DNA of 63,924 bases, the filler included, from Octopus bimaculoides (Eukaryota): NCBI RefSeq assembly GCF_001194135.2. It is 6 parts of 6 records of this genome, joined end to end, with 100 filler letters (N's around TTAATTAATTAA, not from the genome) between each part and the next. Parts side by side here need not be neighbours in the genome. Positions count along the whole stretch, not along the records: positions 1 to 28,291 come from NC_068981.1; positions 28,392 to 39,216 come from NC_069005.1; 4 more parts are not named here. One strand, 5' to 3'. A program made the position numbers and the translations under genes. Every line of letters begins with the position of its first letter. The first letter of the stretch is position 1. This document shows positions 24,449 through 36,419 of the stretch, piece by piece. The notes beneath the pieces were generated by a model that did no database searches, was not told the origin of the DNA, and was given only the letters and a program-made list of their open reading frames with translations.

Positions 24449-24800
24449 GGAGGCACATGACTGGGTGGTTAGGGTGTTGGACTCATGATCATATGATCGT
24501 GGTTTCGATTCCTGGAGCGGGTAATACATTGTGTTCTTGAGAAAAGCACTTCATTTCACGTTGCTCCAGTTCACTCAACTGGTAAGATATGAACTACAAA
24601 GGAATCTTTAGGTGATGCGCGATTCAGCCGACACGAAATAGTGACAAAATTTCCCTCAAATCACACGTAGAATTAAAAACATGAAGGGAATGTTGCTTTA
24701 CTCAGTCCTAGTTACACTATGTCTGAAAATAAGATGGCGGGATGGGGGTTATAGCTGGAATACCTTTGATCATTGGTCTGCTTGATCAGGACTACCCAGG
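24449..24800 (+). mobile_element. SINE family E (tRNA head + CORE-like block + distinct tail)
   Basis: ggaggcacatgactgggtggttagggtgttggactc...gtttcgattcctgg...ttgtgttcttgagaaaagcacttcatttcacgttgctccagttcactc. Confidence 0.8.
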
Positions 24801-24804
24801 GTGC

Positions 24805-24937
24805 TGGTGTGTTTATGTCATCGTAACTTAGCGGTTCTGGTGTGTTTATGTCACTGTAACTTAGCGGTTCGGGTCTGTTTATGTCACTGTAACTTAACGG
24901 TCTGGTGTGTTTGTGTCACCGTAATTCAGCGGTTCGG
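24805..24937 (+). repeat. 33-bp tandem repeat x4 derived from the SINE A interior, continuing into a SINE A tail to about 25060
   Basis: Unit tggtgtgtttatgtca(t/c)cgtaacttagcggttc at 24805, 24838, 24871 and about 24903; no spacers. Confidence 0.9.
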
Positions 24938-25310
24938 CAAAGAAATCGATAGAATAAGTATCAGGGTTAAAAAAGTATTGCCGTCGATTCATTCAACTAA
25001 AAATTCTTCAAGGCGGTGCCCCAGCATGGCCGCAGTCAAATGACTGAAGCAAATAAAAGATAATCAAAGTAAAAGAAAAATTAATTAAATCTTTTTTATC
25101 GTAATGTGAGTAGCTTTGGCGGCAGAGCCGAAGTGGAGGGCGTGCGGTGTAAGACTTTTTCCTTCACAGATACGCGTGGCGATTGAGCTTTTGCATCGTT
25201 AAAAGAACACTAAGTTGTAATGTCCCCGCTATGGGAGAATATTTACGAAGTCCTTGTTCATGAGAGTAACACAAGTTTGACAGGATGAGCTGTCTAGTTT
25301 GTGTGTAGAG

Positions 25311-25637
25311 CAGTGGTTCTCAGCCGGGGTCCATATAAGGTTTTGGGAGGTCTTCTCAACAAAATAGTTATTTGGAGATCCACAATAGTATTTTAAGTGT
25401 TCTGGAAATATTTTGCTTTAGACGTATGTCTTGGGATATGTTGCAATAAAGAGCTAGGTTTCTTTCTCTAACGTTTTACATAATTCAACCTACACAAGTT
25501 AATTTTTGAAAAACAGTATAGAAATGTTTAAAGAAGTTTCTAGAACACTAGTTTTTAAACATCGAATGGCTATGCGTGTCCGCCAGAATAAAATAGTAAT
25601 CAAGGGGTCTATAGACAAAAATGATTGAGAGTTCCTG
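25311..25637 (+). mobile_element. hAT (Charlie-like) MITE with 8-bp TSD
   Basis: Termini CAGTGGTTCTCAGCC...gattgagagttcCTG; identical GTGTAGAG at 25303-25310 and 25638-25645. Confidence 0.85.
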
Positions 25638-26039
25638 GTGTAGAGGATGCTATGAAAAGGAATGCTATAACTGGTATACATACTTTAACCCTTTGCCTGT
25701 CCAAAGCATTTTCGTAATTTTGTTCTGAACGTCCGTGCTTGTTTTCTATTTCATTTTCTTGGATAGGTGCGTTTCTAAAGGAGCGCCGTTCATAGTTTTG
25801 CTATAAACAAAAATGATTTATAAAATCAAGCATGCAATAGCTCCCTATAATTTTTTTCTAAATTACTTTAAAACAGTAGTCTTTAGAAATAATTATTAGC
25901 GACAGAAGCAGTATTAATACCAAAAGACAATATCTACTCCCATTTAAAAGTGGATGTTGTATTATAGAACACGATATACTGTGAAAGTTACTATGCGCAA
26001 TTCTCTCATGGTAACTATTGCAGTATTGTGTGTTCTAAC

Positions 26040-26296
26040 CAGGGCTGTGGAGTCGAAACAAAAAACTTCGACTCCGACCCCTGTTACTATTGGCACCTCC
26101 GACTCCAGTTCCTAATACGACTCTGACTCTTTATGTAATTAAGTGATTGTGGTCTACATATCTCATAAAGCATATGCATACACTTGTACTTTGAGTAGGC
26201 CTATATGTTATTACTGGTTTATTTTAAAGAATAAAGATATTGTGAGTCGGAATCAAAGTCGGTATAGTTTTACCGACTCCGACTCCGACTACCCCT
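26040..26296 (+). mobile_element. MITE with CAGGGCTGTGGAGTCG terminus and (CCGACT)n subterminal repeats, probably hAT-like
   Basis: Left cagggctgtggagtcg; right ccgactccgactccgactacccct; internal gactcc repeats. Confidence 0.65.
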
Positions 26297-26344
26297 TAAT
26301 TCGTATGCAAGCTGGCGGGGCTCGCTCTGAGCGCTCTAAATTTT

Positions 26345-26530
26345 TTCACAGTGAACGTACCAGACAAAATGCTTAGCGGTATTTCGTTCGGCTGTTTGTG
26401 TTACGTGTTCACATCTCGCCGAGGTCAACTTTGTCTTTCATCACTTCAGGATCGATAAAGTGAAATATCAGTCAAGTACTGAGGGTGATGTAATTGACTT
26501 GTCCTCTCCCCTCAATAATTGCTGGCCTTC
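26345..26530 (+). mobile_element. SINE family B, partial
   Basis: aatgcttagcggtatttcgttc...gccgaggtcaactttgtctttcatcacttcaggatcgataaag. Confidence 0.75.
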
Positions 26531-27054
26531 AACCCCGCAACTGACAGAACCCCGTTCTGTTCAGTGGTATTTTGTAATCTCAAGACTTTTATATGGCACA
26601 GAAACCCGGTAATCGGTCGTACATCTATGTATATGGTGATTATTCTGTCCGTAGGAAAAGGTGTATTGAGAAAACGCTTTCTTCTTCATTAATGTAGTTT
26701 CTTTCCAAGCTAAGCATTTCAAGGGAATAGTTTTTCGAAATTGTAACGAATGTACCAGTAGGATTTCCTTCCGGAAATTCTTTGTTTACAAAATTAACTG
26801 ACTACACGTTTTCCTCGCTCTCCAGTTGTAGAGAGCTTATATGCCTCCGACTGTTTGAGTCTGACGAGTCGTCTATTCAGCTAAGCACTTTATAGTGCGA
26901 AATCAATGGTGACTCTCTGACTGGCCAATAACAATCATCCATCTAAATATACTACTCTAATGTTTTTGAGTGTCCTTTCTTTCGGATATATGAACTAATC
27001 AGGCCCCCCCCCACACACACACATTGCTATTTAATGCAGAATTTGTATTTTCAG

Positions 27055-27154
27055 GTGGTGCCTTTCAGACGATAAGGGATGTGGTTTGTCCTGGTTTCAT
27101 GATACTATCAGTGGCTGTCATGGCAAGTGTGTATATATTCAAACAAACTTAGAG
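27055..27154 (+). CDS. Candidate 100-nt internal exon encoding a Cys-rich peptide (unverified)
   Basis: tttgtattttcag|G...GAG|gtaaca; the only fully open frame reads WCLSDDKGCGLSWFHDTISGCHGKCVYIQTNLE (phase 2 in, phase 0 out). Confidence 0.35.
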
Positions 27155-27243
27155 GTAACAAAATATATCGATGGGCAGTGGCAATATAGGTGTTAATTGG
27201 AGGTAAGTGTCCAAATTTTAAGTTGATATTGAGTAAAACAATA

Positions 27244-27298
<55 letters not shown>

Positions 27299-27309
27299 GA
27301 GTGAGAGAA

Positions 27310-27726
27310 GGCGACGAGCTGGCAGAAACGCTGGGCGAAATGCTTAGCGCTATTTCGTCTGCCGTTACGTTCTGGGTTCAAATTCCGCCGAGGTGGACTT
27401 TGCCTTTCATCCTTTCGGGGTCGATAAATTAATTACCAGTTGCGCACTGGGGTCGATGTAATAGACTTAATCCCTTTGTCCTTGTTTATACCCTCTATGT
27501 TTAGCCCCTTGTGGGCAATAAAGAAATAAGAAACGTTAGCTCTCCGGGTGAAATGCTTAGCAGTATTTCGTCTGTCTTTACGTTCTGAGTTCAAATACCA
27601 CCGAGGTAGACTTTGCCTTTGTTCCTTTTGGCGTTGATAAATTAAGTACCAGTTGCGTACTGGGGTCGAGCTAAACGACTGGCCCCCTCCTCCAAACCTT
27701 CGGGCCTTGTGCCTAGAATAGAAGAG
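27310..27726 (+). mobile_element. Dimeric SINE B flanked by one 16-bp TSD
   Basis: A full monomer plus a 5'-trimmed monomer; attattgagtgagaga occurs at about 27293-27308 and 27727-27742. Confidence 0.8.
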
Positions 27727-27742
27727 ATTATTGAGTGAGAGA

Positions 27743-28108
27743 GCAGTGCATGCGATCTAAGTGACACTGGGGTAAAATATACGAAGTCCAATATACCCAT
27801 CATGACTACCCGTCTGGTAAGGGTACACCAGGCACATGCATCACAACCATATGTGCGTGACATAGTGATCTCGTATCAAGGTAAACAGCGCATGACCTTG
27901 CAGGTAGGGCCCAGTTAGAATTTTGTCCAGGTCGAGTAGCCCATCCTGTTCAAAAGATTCCTGAATAAGGGTTGTTTAAAAATGTTGAACGAAATGCCCA
28001 AAGGTAAATTATCCAAACTCCAAAGAATTCCTCTCAACACATGGCTATGATGCTCTCCCACTTCTACTTATGATCAGAGAAGCATATATTGTCAGCCACT
28101 ATGGAACA

Positions 28109-28109
<1 letters not shown>
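27743..28109 (-). mobile_element. Interspersed retroposon (family F), interrupted at its (AAT)n end by the SINE B dimer
   Basis: aattcctctcaacacatggctatgatgctctccc...tgatcagaga matches the reverse complement of 56370-56450. Confidence 0.6.
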
Positions 28110-28196
<87 letters not shown>

Positions 28197-28199
<3 letters not shown>

Positions 28200-28291
28200 T
28201 AGTTTTATTTTTATAACGTGCTTTCACTTCACTACCGAGCGCAGCTCTGTGCGCCTTGGGTATGTGCTGTGGTTTGCTGTGGTGCTCTTAT
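28197..28291 (-). mobile_element. 3' end of a non-LTR element embedded in (TAA)n, probably R4/Dong-like
   Basis: Minus strand ends ...aaagcacgttataaaaataaaactactg then (AAT)n; an identical 24-nt terminus sits in another (ATT)n at 47508-47531. Confidence 0.6.
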
Positions 28292-28335
28292 NNNNNNNNN
28301 NNNNNNNNNNNNNNNNNNNNNNNNNNNNNNNNNNN

Positions 28336-28347
28336 TTAATTAATTAA
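28336..28347. other. Assembly spacer TTAATTAATTAA (also at 39261, 42699, 50958 and 53992)
   Basis: Palindromic six-frame stop centred in N runs; at the 28292-28391 gap 44 N + 12 + 44 N = 100 bp. Confidence 0.95.
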
Positions 28348-29007
28348 NNNNNNNNNNNNNNNNNNNNNNNNNNNNNNNNNNNNNNNNNNNNTATATATAT
28401 ATATATCATTACCAGTAGCAGCAGCAGCACCATCCCTGTTTAATGTCCACTCTTCCAAGCTTACATGGAATTTGATGTGGCATATTTTCTGTATTTCATA
28501 TACTGTTATTATTATTATTACTATATACAAATATACACCACGCACACACACACAAGCCTGTCTACACACATATACCTGCATATGTATGTCAATACGCTCA
28601 TTTACTCACTCCCAAACAATAAAAAAAAAAAAGAAAACAAGTTCCTATTAACATACACAAATGTATATATGCATTCATACATACGTAAACACACACACAC
28701 ACACCAATATATACGCACGTGCCTACATTACTGTGTATTTGTGTGTGTGTGTGGCAGGGTGTATACACGTGTGTGCATGTGTGTGTGTTTGTGTTATATC
28801 ATCCTCGTTGCACCATAAACACGGCTCCTCCGTATAACTCAGCCAGAGAAAGGGCATGAACCCAAGAACACAGATAGATTTCCTACTTAAGGATGCTCAC
28901 TCAGACCCACTCCTACTTCCTCTCTTTCTCTCTCTCTCACACACACACACACATAGTCAACAACACTCACACACACACATACATATATATATATATACTC
29001 AACAACA

Positions 29008-29047
<40 letters not shown>

Positions 29048-29322
29048 CTAACTATCTATCCATTTGCCTTTTTTCTTGTTTCAGTCACGACTGTGGCCAT
29101 GCTGGGGCACCACTTCGAGTACTTCTGTCAAACAAATCACAGCTCCCACACACCCCCGCTACCGTAAGTACTCGCACATCTTTCTTTTTCTTTTTTTTTA
29201 ATTCTGGTATTTAATCAGTTGATCTCTTTTACTAGGTTATGGGGACATAACCAAACCAACACTGGTCATCAAAAGACAAGGACATTAACAAACACTGACC
29301 CCAAAGACTCACACATACAGAC

Positions 29323-29355
<33 letters not shown>

Positions 29356-29356
29356 T

Positions 29357-29645
29357 GTAGGACCCCCTTCGGTCATGAATGACCATGGGATTGCACCTAA
29401 AAAGTTCCCCCTCTGAGGCACAAGTCCAGGCAAGGTTGTTTATGGAAGACCAGCAGTCGCCCATGCATACCAGCCTCCTCTCTCCATGTCATTGATGTCG
29501 TCCAAGGGAAAGGCAAAGGGGCCGATACAGCTTGGCACCAGTGACATCATAACTCATTTCTACAGGTGAGTGAACTGGAGCAACGTGAAATAAAGTGCCT
29601 TGTTCAAGAACACAACACACAGCCCAGTCTGGGAATTGAACTCAC
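29357..29645 (-). mobile_element. tRNA-derived SINE (family D) with CORE-like block and (TACA)n tail
   Basis: Minus strand gagttcaattcccagactggg...gttgtgttcttgaacaaggcactttatttcacgttgctccagttcactc...ccatggtcattcatgaccgaagggggtcc; a second tail copy lies at 29648-29720. Confidence 0.8.
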
Positions 29646-29719
29646 AAAGACCCCCTTTGGTTAAGAATGACCATGAGATTACACCTAGGAAGTTACCTTC
29701 CGAGGCACAAGTCTGGGTA

Positions 29720-30030
29720 AGTCTGAATGGTGGCAACAGGGTACCCAAAGAGCAAGTGATGGTATTTGCTTGCAACAGGGTGGACCCTGCTAAAGGTAGC
29801 CAAGGACCAGCTGGTGGTGTTTGCTTACAAACAGGGTGGACCTTGCTAAAGGTAGCCAAGGACCAGCTGGTGGTATTTGCTTACAGACAGGGTGGACCCT
29901 GCTAAAGGGAGCCAAAGTCCAAGTGATGGTGTTTGCTTGCAACAGAGTGGACTCTGGTGGTGCTAAACCAAGCAATCGACTTAACCGACCATCCAAGAAA
30001 TCAGAAATACTAAGGATCAGATCAGATACC
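29720..30030 (+). mobile_element. Probable 5' region of an RTE-type LINE with 55-56-bp tandem repeats
   Basis: About 3.5 repeat units start at 29760, 29815, 29871 and 29927, followed by ...KPSNRLNRPSKKSEILRIRS, resembling the lead-in to the AP-endonuclease (L-R-I-G-x-W-N) before truncation. Confidence 0.45.
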
Positions 30031-30439
30031 AAACACCACAAAGCTACCCATCCAACAAAACCACCAACTCACCACCCAAGGATGGATACTTTCACTTTCT
30101 CAGCAATAGAAGGATGAAAGTGCAAAGTTAACTCCAGCGGGATTTGAACTCAGAGTAGAGAGAGAGAGAGAGCCAGAACAAACATCACAAGGCACTGCAT
30201 CCACTGCTCGAATAGTTATGCCAGTTTGCAGCCTGTATTGATAGCAGAATGATGAATTGATGGGTAGAATGTTGCTGAAACACATGACAGTACTCACAGC
30301 CCGATCCTCAACGTTCAGGGATCAAATGGCACCAACGTCATCTATCTCTGCAGAGGAATTGGAGCTGGAGACCTTTAAGGATGGTATTTTGATAGTACTT
30401 TGCAGTACTTTACTTAGAAATGCTCACACCAAGATCCGG

Positions 30440-31240
30440 TTTCAGCTAATGCCACCACCACCAGCACCAATCCCCGCCACTCTTACCATAATGACAGTAA
30501 CTACTCCTACCACCACAACTGATCTTACTGCCACCACTACCACCACCACCACCACCACCACCACAATCAATATGTCTATTTATCTATTTGTCTGTNNNNN
30601 NNNNNNNNNNNNNNNNNNNNNNNNNNNNNNNNNNNNNNNNNNNNNNNNCCCCCGCGCCCAACCAACATTATCACTCCCCACACATACACACTTTTTACAA
30701 CTACCACCACTACCCTCATGATGCTGCTACTGTAACCACCACCACCACCGCCACAATGTCCGTTACGTCACCACCATCACCACCACACCCCCAAAACAAC
30801 GTCCTTAATAAATAAATCAAGCCTTCCAACCACTTGAACAGTTTGTTACAACAAATTTGGATGACCCTTGTGACGTCATCGCCACGGTTTTTTTTTTGTT
30901 TTTGTTTTGTCTTTCATATTTTCCTGTATGGTGTTGTTGTTGTTGTTGTTTATGACAAGTCACCAGTTGTTGAGATAATAATTACCAAACTGAATCACCA
31001 GCGTATCTTGTGTCAAAGCCATTGACGGTAGAGGCAGTCAGTCATCGTCGTCATCACCATAACCACCACCGCCACCACCACCATCATCAACAACAACATC
31101 GCTATAACAATAATCACCATCGTTGTCTTCACCATCGTTATATCACCATCATCATCATCGTCGTCATCAACATCCCACAAGTGAACCCTATTTTGATTTT
31201 CCGTGTTACGCTACCACCACCACCACCACCACCACCACAC
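30440..31240. repeat. Degenerate triplet repeats (ACC/CAC, CAT, TGT/GTT)
   Basis: Directly visible; produce the poly-T, poly-H and poly-P pseudo-ORFs. Confidence 0.85.
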
Positions 31241-31562
31241 ACTTTTATTAGCACTGTTAGACGGAAACTGAAAGAAGCCCGTCATATATGCATATTAGTG
31301 TGTGTGTGTTTGTATTTGTCAGCCACTACCGATTGACAACCGATGTCGGTGTGTTTGCGTCCCCCTAACTTAGCGGTTTCGCAAAAATGACCGATGCTAT
31401 AGGAACCAAGCTTTGGACGAAAATAGGTTCTGGACGTCGTCCNNNNNNNNNNNNNNNNNNNNNNNNNNNNNNNNNNNNNNNNNNNNNNNNNNNNNNNNNN
31501 GAAACGAGTAAAAGATATGTATGAGTGTATACACTGTGTATACAAGCATAAGCACATTGACA

Positions 31563-31593
<31 letters not shown>

Positions 31594-32878
31594 TCCTGGA
31601 CGCAACAACGCACAGAAGGCCCCACCCTCACACTACACACACACACGCATGCACACACACGCAGACACACACACAGACACGCACGCACTGAGATAAACAC
31701 GCAGACACACGCACGTACTCACACACACACACACACTTACAAGCACACACACACACACACACACTCACAATTACATACAGGTATTCACACCCAAAATAAC
31801 TCCGTATTTATTACGGCTGTTAAAATACCTGATAGTAACAACACAGAAATAATCGAAATTTTCATACACCTCCCCTTCATTCTGCTCTCTCTCTACCCCT
31901 CTCACTTTCTCTCTCTCTCCTCACACCCTTTTCTCTTTCTCTCCCTCTTATTTACGTTCTATCCTTCCCTTTTTTTCTCTTTCGTTAAGTATGTCTTGTG
32001 CGTACGTGTATACTGTGGTGTTTTGTCATTTCGTTCCCTTTTGTTTTCGTTCATCGTCTGATTTGCATGGCCTCCTTACGAGAGAAAGAGAAGAAAAAGA
32101 GGAGAGAAAAGAGGGAGGGAGAGAGGGAGGAGAGGCGAGAGAAAAGAGAAAAGAGAGAGCGAGGAAAGTGAGCGAGAGAAAATGAATGAAAGGGAAAAAA
32201 AAAGATGAATTGAGCAAAGGAGATGCCAAGTTATAAAGTAAAAAGAGGTGAGACTGAAGGAAAAAAGAGAGGTAAGAGAAAAATAGAGAAGAAAAGAGAG
32301 GGAGGAGAAAGAGGATAGATAGATAGATAGATAGATAGATAAATTTAGAGGGGTGTTTTAAAACGCTTTAATATTTATGAGTAATGCCCACACACACACA
32401 AATACACATGTACAAACATACATATGCAATTATATATATATATGAAGTAGTCATCGTTTCAAACCATCAGCGCCACCACCACTATCGTCTTCACAGTCAC
32501 TTTATTAGTAATAAAAAAAGAAGGAAGGTGACAAGTAAGTAAAGATCAAACAAAACAACCCTAAATGTACATATAAGGAAACGTGTGTGTGTGTGTGTGT
32601 GTGTAGTACTTATTACCCCTCAGCACTTATAGACACAGATAGACAGACGCAGGACACACACACACACAATACGGTATACTAAAAAAAAGGTAGACAGAAA
32701 CAACATGCACACACAGAGACAGGCATGGCTGTGTGTATGTGTGTGGTAAGAAGTTTGCTTCCTAACCACATGGTTCCGGGTTCAGTCACCCTGCTTGGCA
32801 CCTCTGGCAAACGCTTTCTACTAGAACCTCGGACTGACCAAACTCCTGTGAGTGGATTTAGTGGATGGAAGCTTATCT

Positions 32879-32910
<32 letters not shown>

Positions 32911-33844
32911 AATATATTCGTTTAAAAGAAGAATAAAATGGAGATTGGGAAGTTGATAATTGGTTTATTATTAATAGCAAATTGGTCATTTTCACTTACG
33001 GCCGTTTCAATTATTACTCTATAAACATCAAATTTACATTTATGCGACATGAGCATAATATCATCAGAGGCAAAAGGATGTACCGCTGGATGCTATATGC
33101 GTGTTTGTGAATTCAATCGTTGCTATTATGTTAAACTGTCTTATGTCCAAATTCGGCCAAATGCGTTTTTTTTTTTTGTCAATATCTATTTTTGCTTGCA
33201 ATAGCTGGTTCTTTTGGTCAAACTATCGTATCTTCAGCTGCTTCAGATGCCAAGATAACGGAAATTGCCAAAGTGTAATACAACGGTTTTGCTATGGAAT
33301 GGTAGATAGATAGATAGATAGATAAACCTGTGAGTGCGTGCGCGCGCGAGCCCTATGTATTTACTGTTGGATGAATGGAGGCATTCTGTGCGAAAATGGA
33401 GGTTTCCTTTGGCATCAGCAGCCAGAAAGAAACCAGCATGACAACATTGGTCGATGACTCACAACTGATGGGTACCACCCAATGACAAAATATCAATTCT
33501 AACGGTATTACATATACACACATACACAATATATATATATATATAGATAGATACATCATACATACATACATATATATATATATGGACGTGTCACCCCAAC
33601 ATCGCCGTCAATAAGAGGCACTCCCCTCACGTACAACTATACTACACATACACACGCGCGCACATACTCACACACACACATATGTAAATGTGTGCGTGTG
33701 TGTGTGTATGTGTTATATGTACATATAACGAGGATTTCATTGTGTTTAGTAAGAAAACAGAAAACCACCCGACCGCCCACCCCTTCTCAGCACTTGACAT
33801 GCATGCAAAATGAGATGTTTATGTGTGTGTTTGTTCTTTTCGTT

Positions 33845-34640
33845 TATTCTTTTATTTGTTTCAGTCATTTTGACTGCGGCCATGCTGGGGCACCACTTTT
33901 AGTCGAACAAATCGCCCCCCCCCCCCAGGACTTATTCTTTGTAAGCCTAGTACTTATTCTATCGGTCTGTTTTTGCCGAAACGCCAAGTTACGGTGACAT
34001 CAACACACCAACATCGGTTGTCAAGTGATGGCGGGGAAGGACAAACACAGGCACACACACACACACACAACACACACATATATATATATACGACGGGCTT
34101 CTTTCAGTTTCCGTTTACGAAATCCACTCTTAAGGTTTTGGTTGACCTGCGGCTATAATAGAAGACACTTGCCCAAGGTGCCATACAGTGGGACTGAACC
34201 TGGAACCTTATGGTTGGGAAGCAAACTTAACTACACAGTCACTCCTGCGATATATATATATATTTTTTCTTATCTTTTATTCTTTTACTTGTTTCAGCCA
34301 TTTAGACTGCGGCCATGCTAGGGCACCGCCTTGAAGAATTTTAGTCGAAAGGAATCGAACCCGGAACTTATTACTTTTTTTTAAAGCCTTTGTACTTTGC
34401 TACTTGTTCTATCAGTCAGTTTTGCCGAACCGTTCCGTTACGGGAATATAGACTCAGTAACACCGGTTGTCAAGCGGTAGTGGGGGACACAAAGACACAC
34501 ACTCATTTATGTGTGTGTGTGTGTGTGTGTGTCTGTGTGCGTGTGTATGTATATATGTATATATATTTATGAGTGTATATGTATGTATGCATCTATGTAT
34601 GTGTACGATGAGCTTCTTTCAATTTCCGTCCACCAATAAG
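33845..34640 (-). mobile_element. Two tandem SINE A copies; the second lacks its head
   Basis: Two tails (33850 and 34290) with reverse-complement consensus bodies. Confidence 0.85.
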
Positions 34641-35260
34641 ACAGAAATATAGTTTTAATGTCTTCCTCCATTTTTAAGTAAAGAGTAAAAATAAAGCAAC
34701 CTTGCAAACCACGACTGACCTTTACACACAGACGCACAGAATAACAGCAATCAACTAACGACAGCGGAGTGTCCAACAAACACCAGCAATCTGACTGTCG
34801 CCTGTACCCTTGACAAGAGATGCCAGTTACTCTTTTACACCTACCAGGCTCGTTCGTATTGGCCTGAGTTGCTGGATGATTTTTCGTCCTTTTAAGAATA
34901 TTGTAGAANNNNNNNNNNNNNNNNNNNNNNNNNNNNNNNNNNNNNNNNNNNNNNNNNNNNNNNNNNNNNNNNNNNNNNNNNNNNNNNNNNNNNNNNNNNN
35001 NNNNNNNNNNNNNNNNNNNNNNNNNNNNNNNNNNNNNNNNNNNNNNNNNNNNNNNNNNNNNNNNNNNNNNNNNNNNNNNNNNNNNNNNNNNNNNATACAC
35101 TCCTTTTTTCAATTTCTATCGCTTATTACCCCAGCTGTAGGACTTCCGAAACAAACCGCATCATCGTTCGATCGAAACACGATACAAGTCAGCCAAACCT
35201 TACCTTCGTCGCCGTCGCCCCTTCCCAGTCAGTCAGCAGCCAGACACTCTAGACTGGTAT

Positions 35261-35295
<35 letters not shown>

Positions 35296-35360
35296 CATGC
35301 GTGCATGTACACATACATTGCATACAAGCATGTGTACGTATATATATATATGTAAACATA

Positions 35361-35558
35361 GGCGCAGGCGTGGCTGTGGGGTAAGAACATTGCTTCCCAA
35401 CCACATAGTTACGGGTTCAGTCACACTGCGTGGCACCTTGGACAAGTGTCCACTACTGTAGCTTTGCGCCGACCAAAGCCTTTTGAGTGAATTCGATAAA
35501 AGGAAACTGAAATATCTATTATTTAAATTGAACACGACGTATCCATTTCCAAGCAAGT

Positions 35559-35592
<34 letters not shown>

Positions 35593-35740
35593 GACTGGTG
35601 TTGGAGTTTTTACGTCTCTATAACTTAACGGTTCGGCAAAACAGACCGATAGAATAAGTAACAGACTTTAATAACTAAATAAGTCCTGGTGTTGATTTGT
35701 TCGATTAAAAACCTTCCAGACGGTGCACCAGCATGGCCAA
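35361..35740 (+). mobile_element. SINE family A
   Basis: ggcgcaggcgtggctgtggggtaag...ggcaccttggacaagt...tail ggtgcaccagcatggcc. Confidence 0.85.
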
Positions 35741-36419
35741 AGTTTCAAAGTGCCTCAAAGAGAGAGTTTTTTTTTTTTTTTTTTTTGCATGGCACTTACC
35801 AAATTATGTAAGAAACTCTTCGACCTTGAATCACTTTATAACTTTCGCCGATTAAAATTTTATTTCTAAAATACCTCTGCTTCATTGAAACAGACTTTTG
35901 GCTAAACAATAAAATTCTCATCAAATACACACATCCAGACACACACGCGCGCGCGCGCGCGCGTTATATCTGGAACCACCCCTTCACACAGACATGAACT
36001 TCACGTAAATACTCGACACGCACGCGCACACCTCCACCTTCTCATACTCACTCACACACACACAAACACATTATACCTCATCCTACCCTTTCACACAAAC
36101 ACAAACACCTACAAACACAGACTAAAACACACGCACACACACAATCGAATAAAGTGCACATATTACATCTCACACACACACACGCATACGAACACACGTG
36201 GTCACGTGGCACATTCTGTTTCCGTCCCACGATCAATCTATCGACATTTCATACAAGAGGCTTTCAAACTGAAAAAGGACATGTGGTTCTCTCAGCAATC
36301 AATACCGACATTGTGTGTGGCGGCAGAGCAAGAGGTTTGCTTCCTAACCACATGGCTCCAGGTTCAGTCCCACTGCGTGGCTGGAAACTGAAAGAAGACC
36401 GTCGAATATATATACATAT

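Noticed and set aside
24805-24937. CRISPR-like ~33-bp repeats
   Set aside because: Units are contiguous with no spacers, derive from the SINE interior, and there are no cas genes; the context is eukaryotic.
28336-28347. Recurring palindrome TTAATTAATTAA at five sites
   Set aside because: Always centred in N runs (44+12+44 = 100 bp where counted); an artificial six-frame-stop gap spacer, not biology.
29760-29960. ORFs 29600-29905, 29821-30117 and their antisense, as proteins with internal repeats
   Set aside because: 55-56-bp units shift the frame each time; these are open by chance in low-stop sequence.
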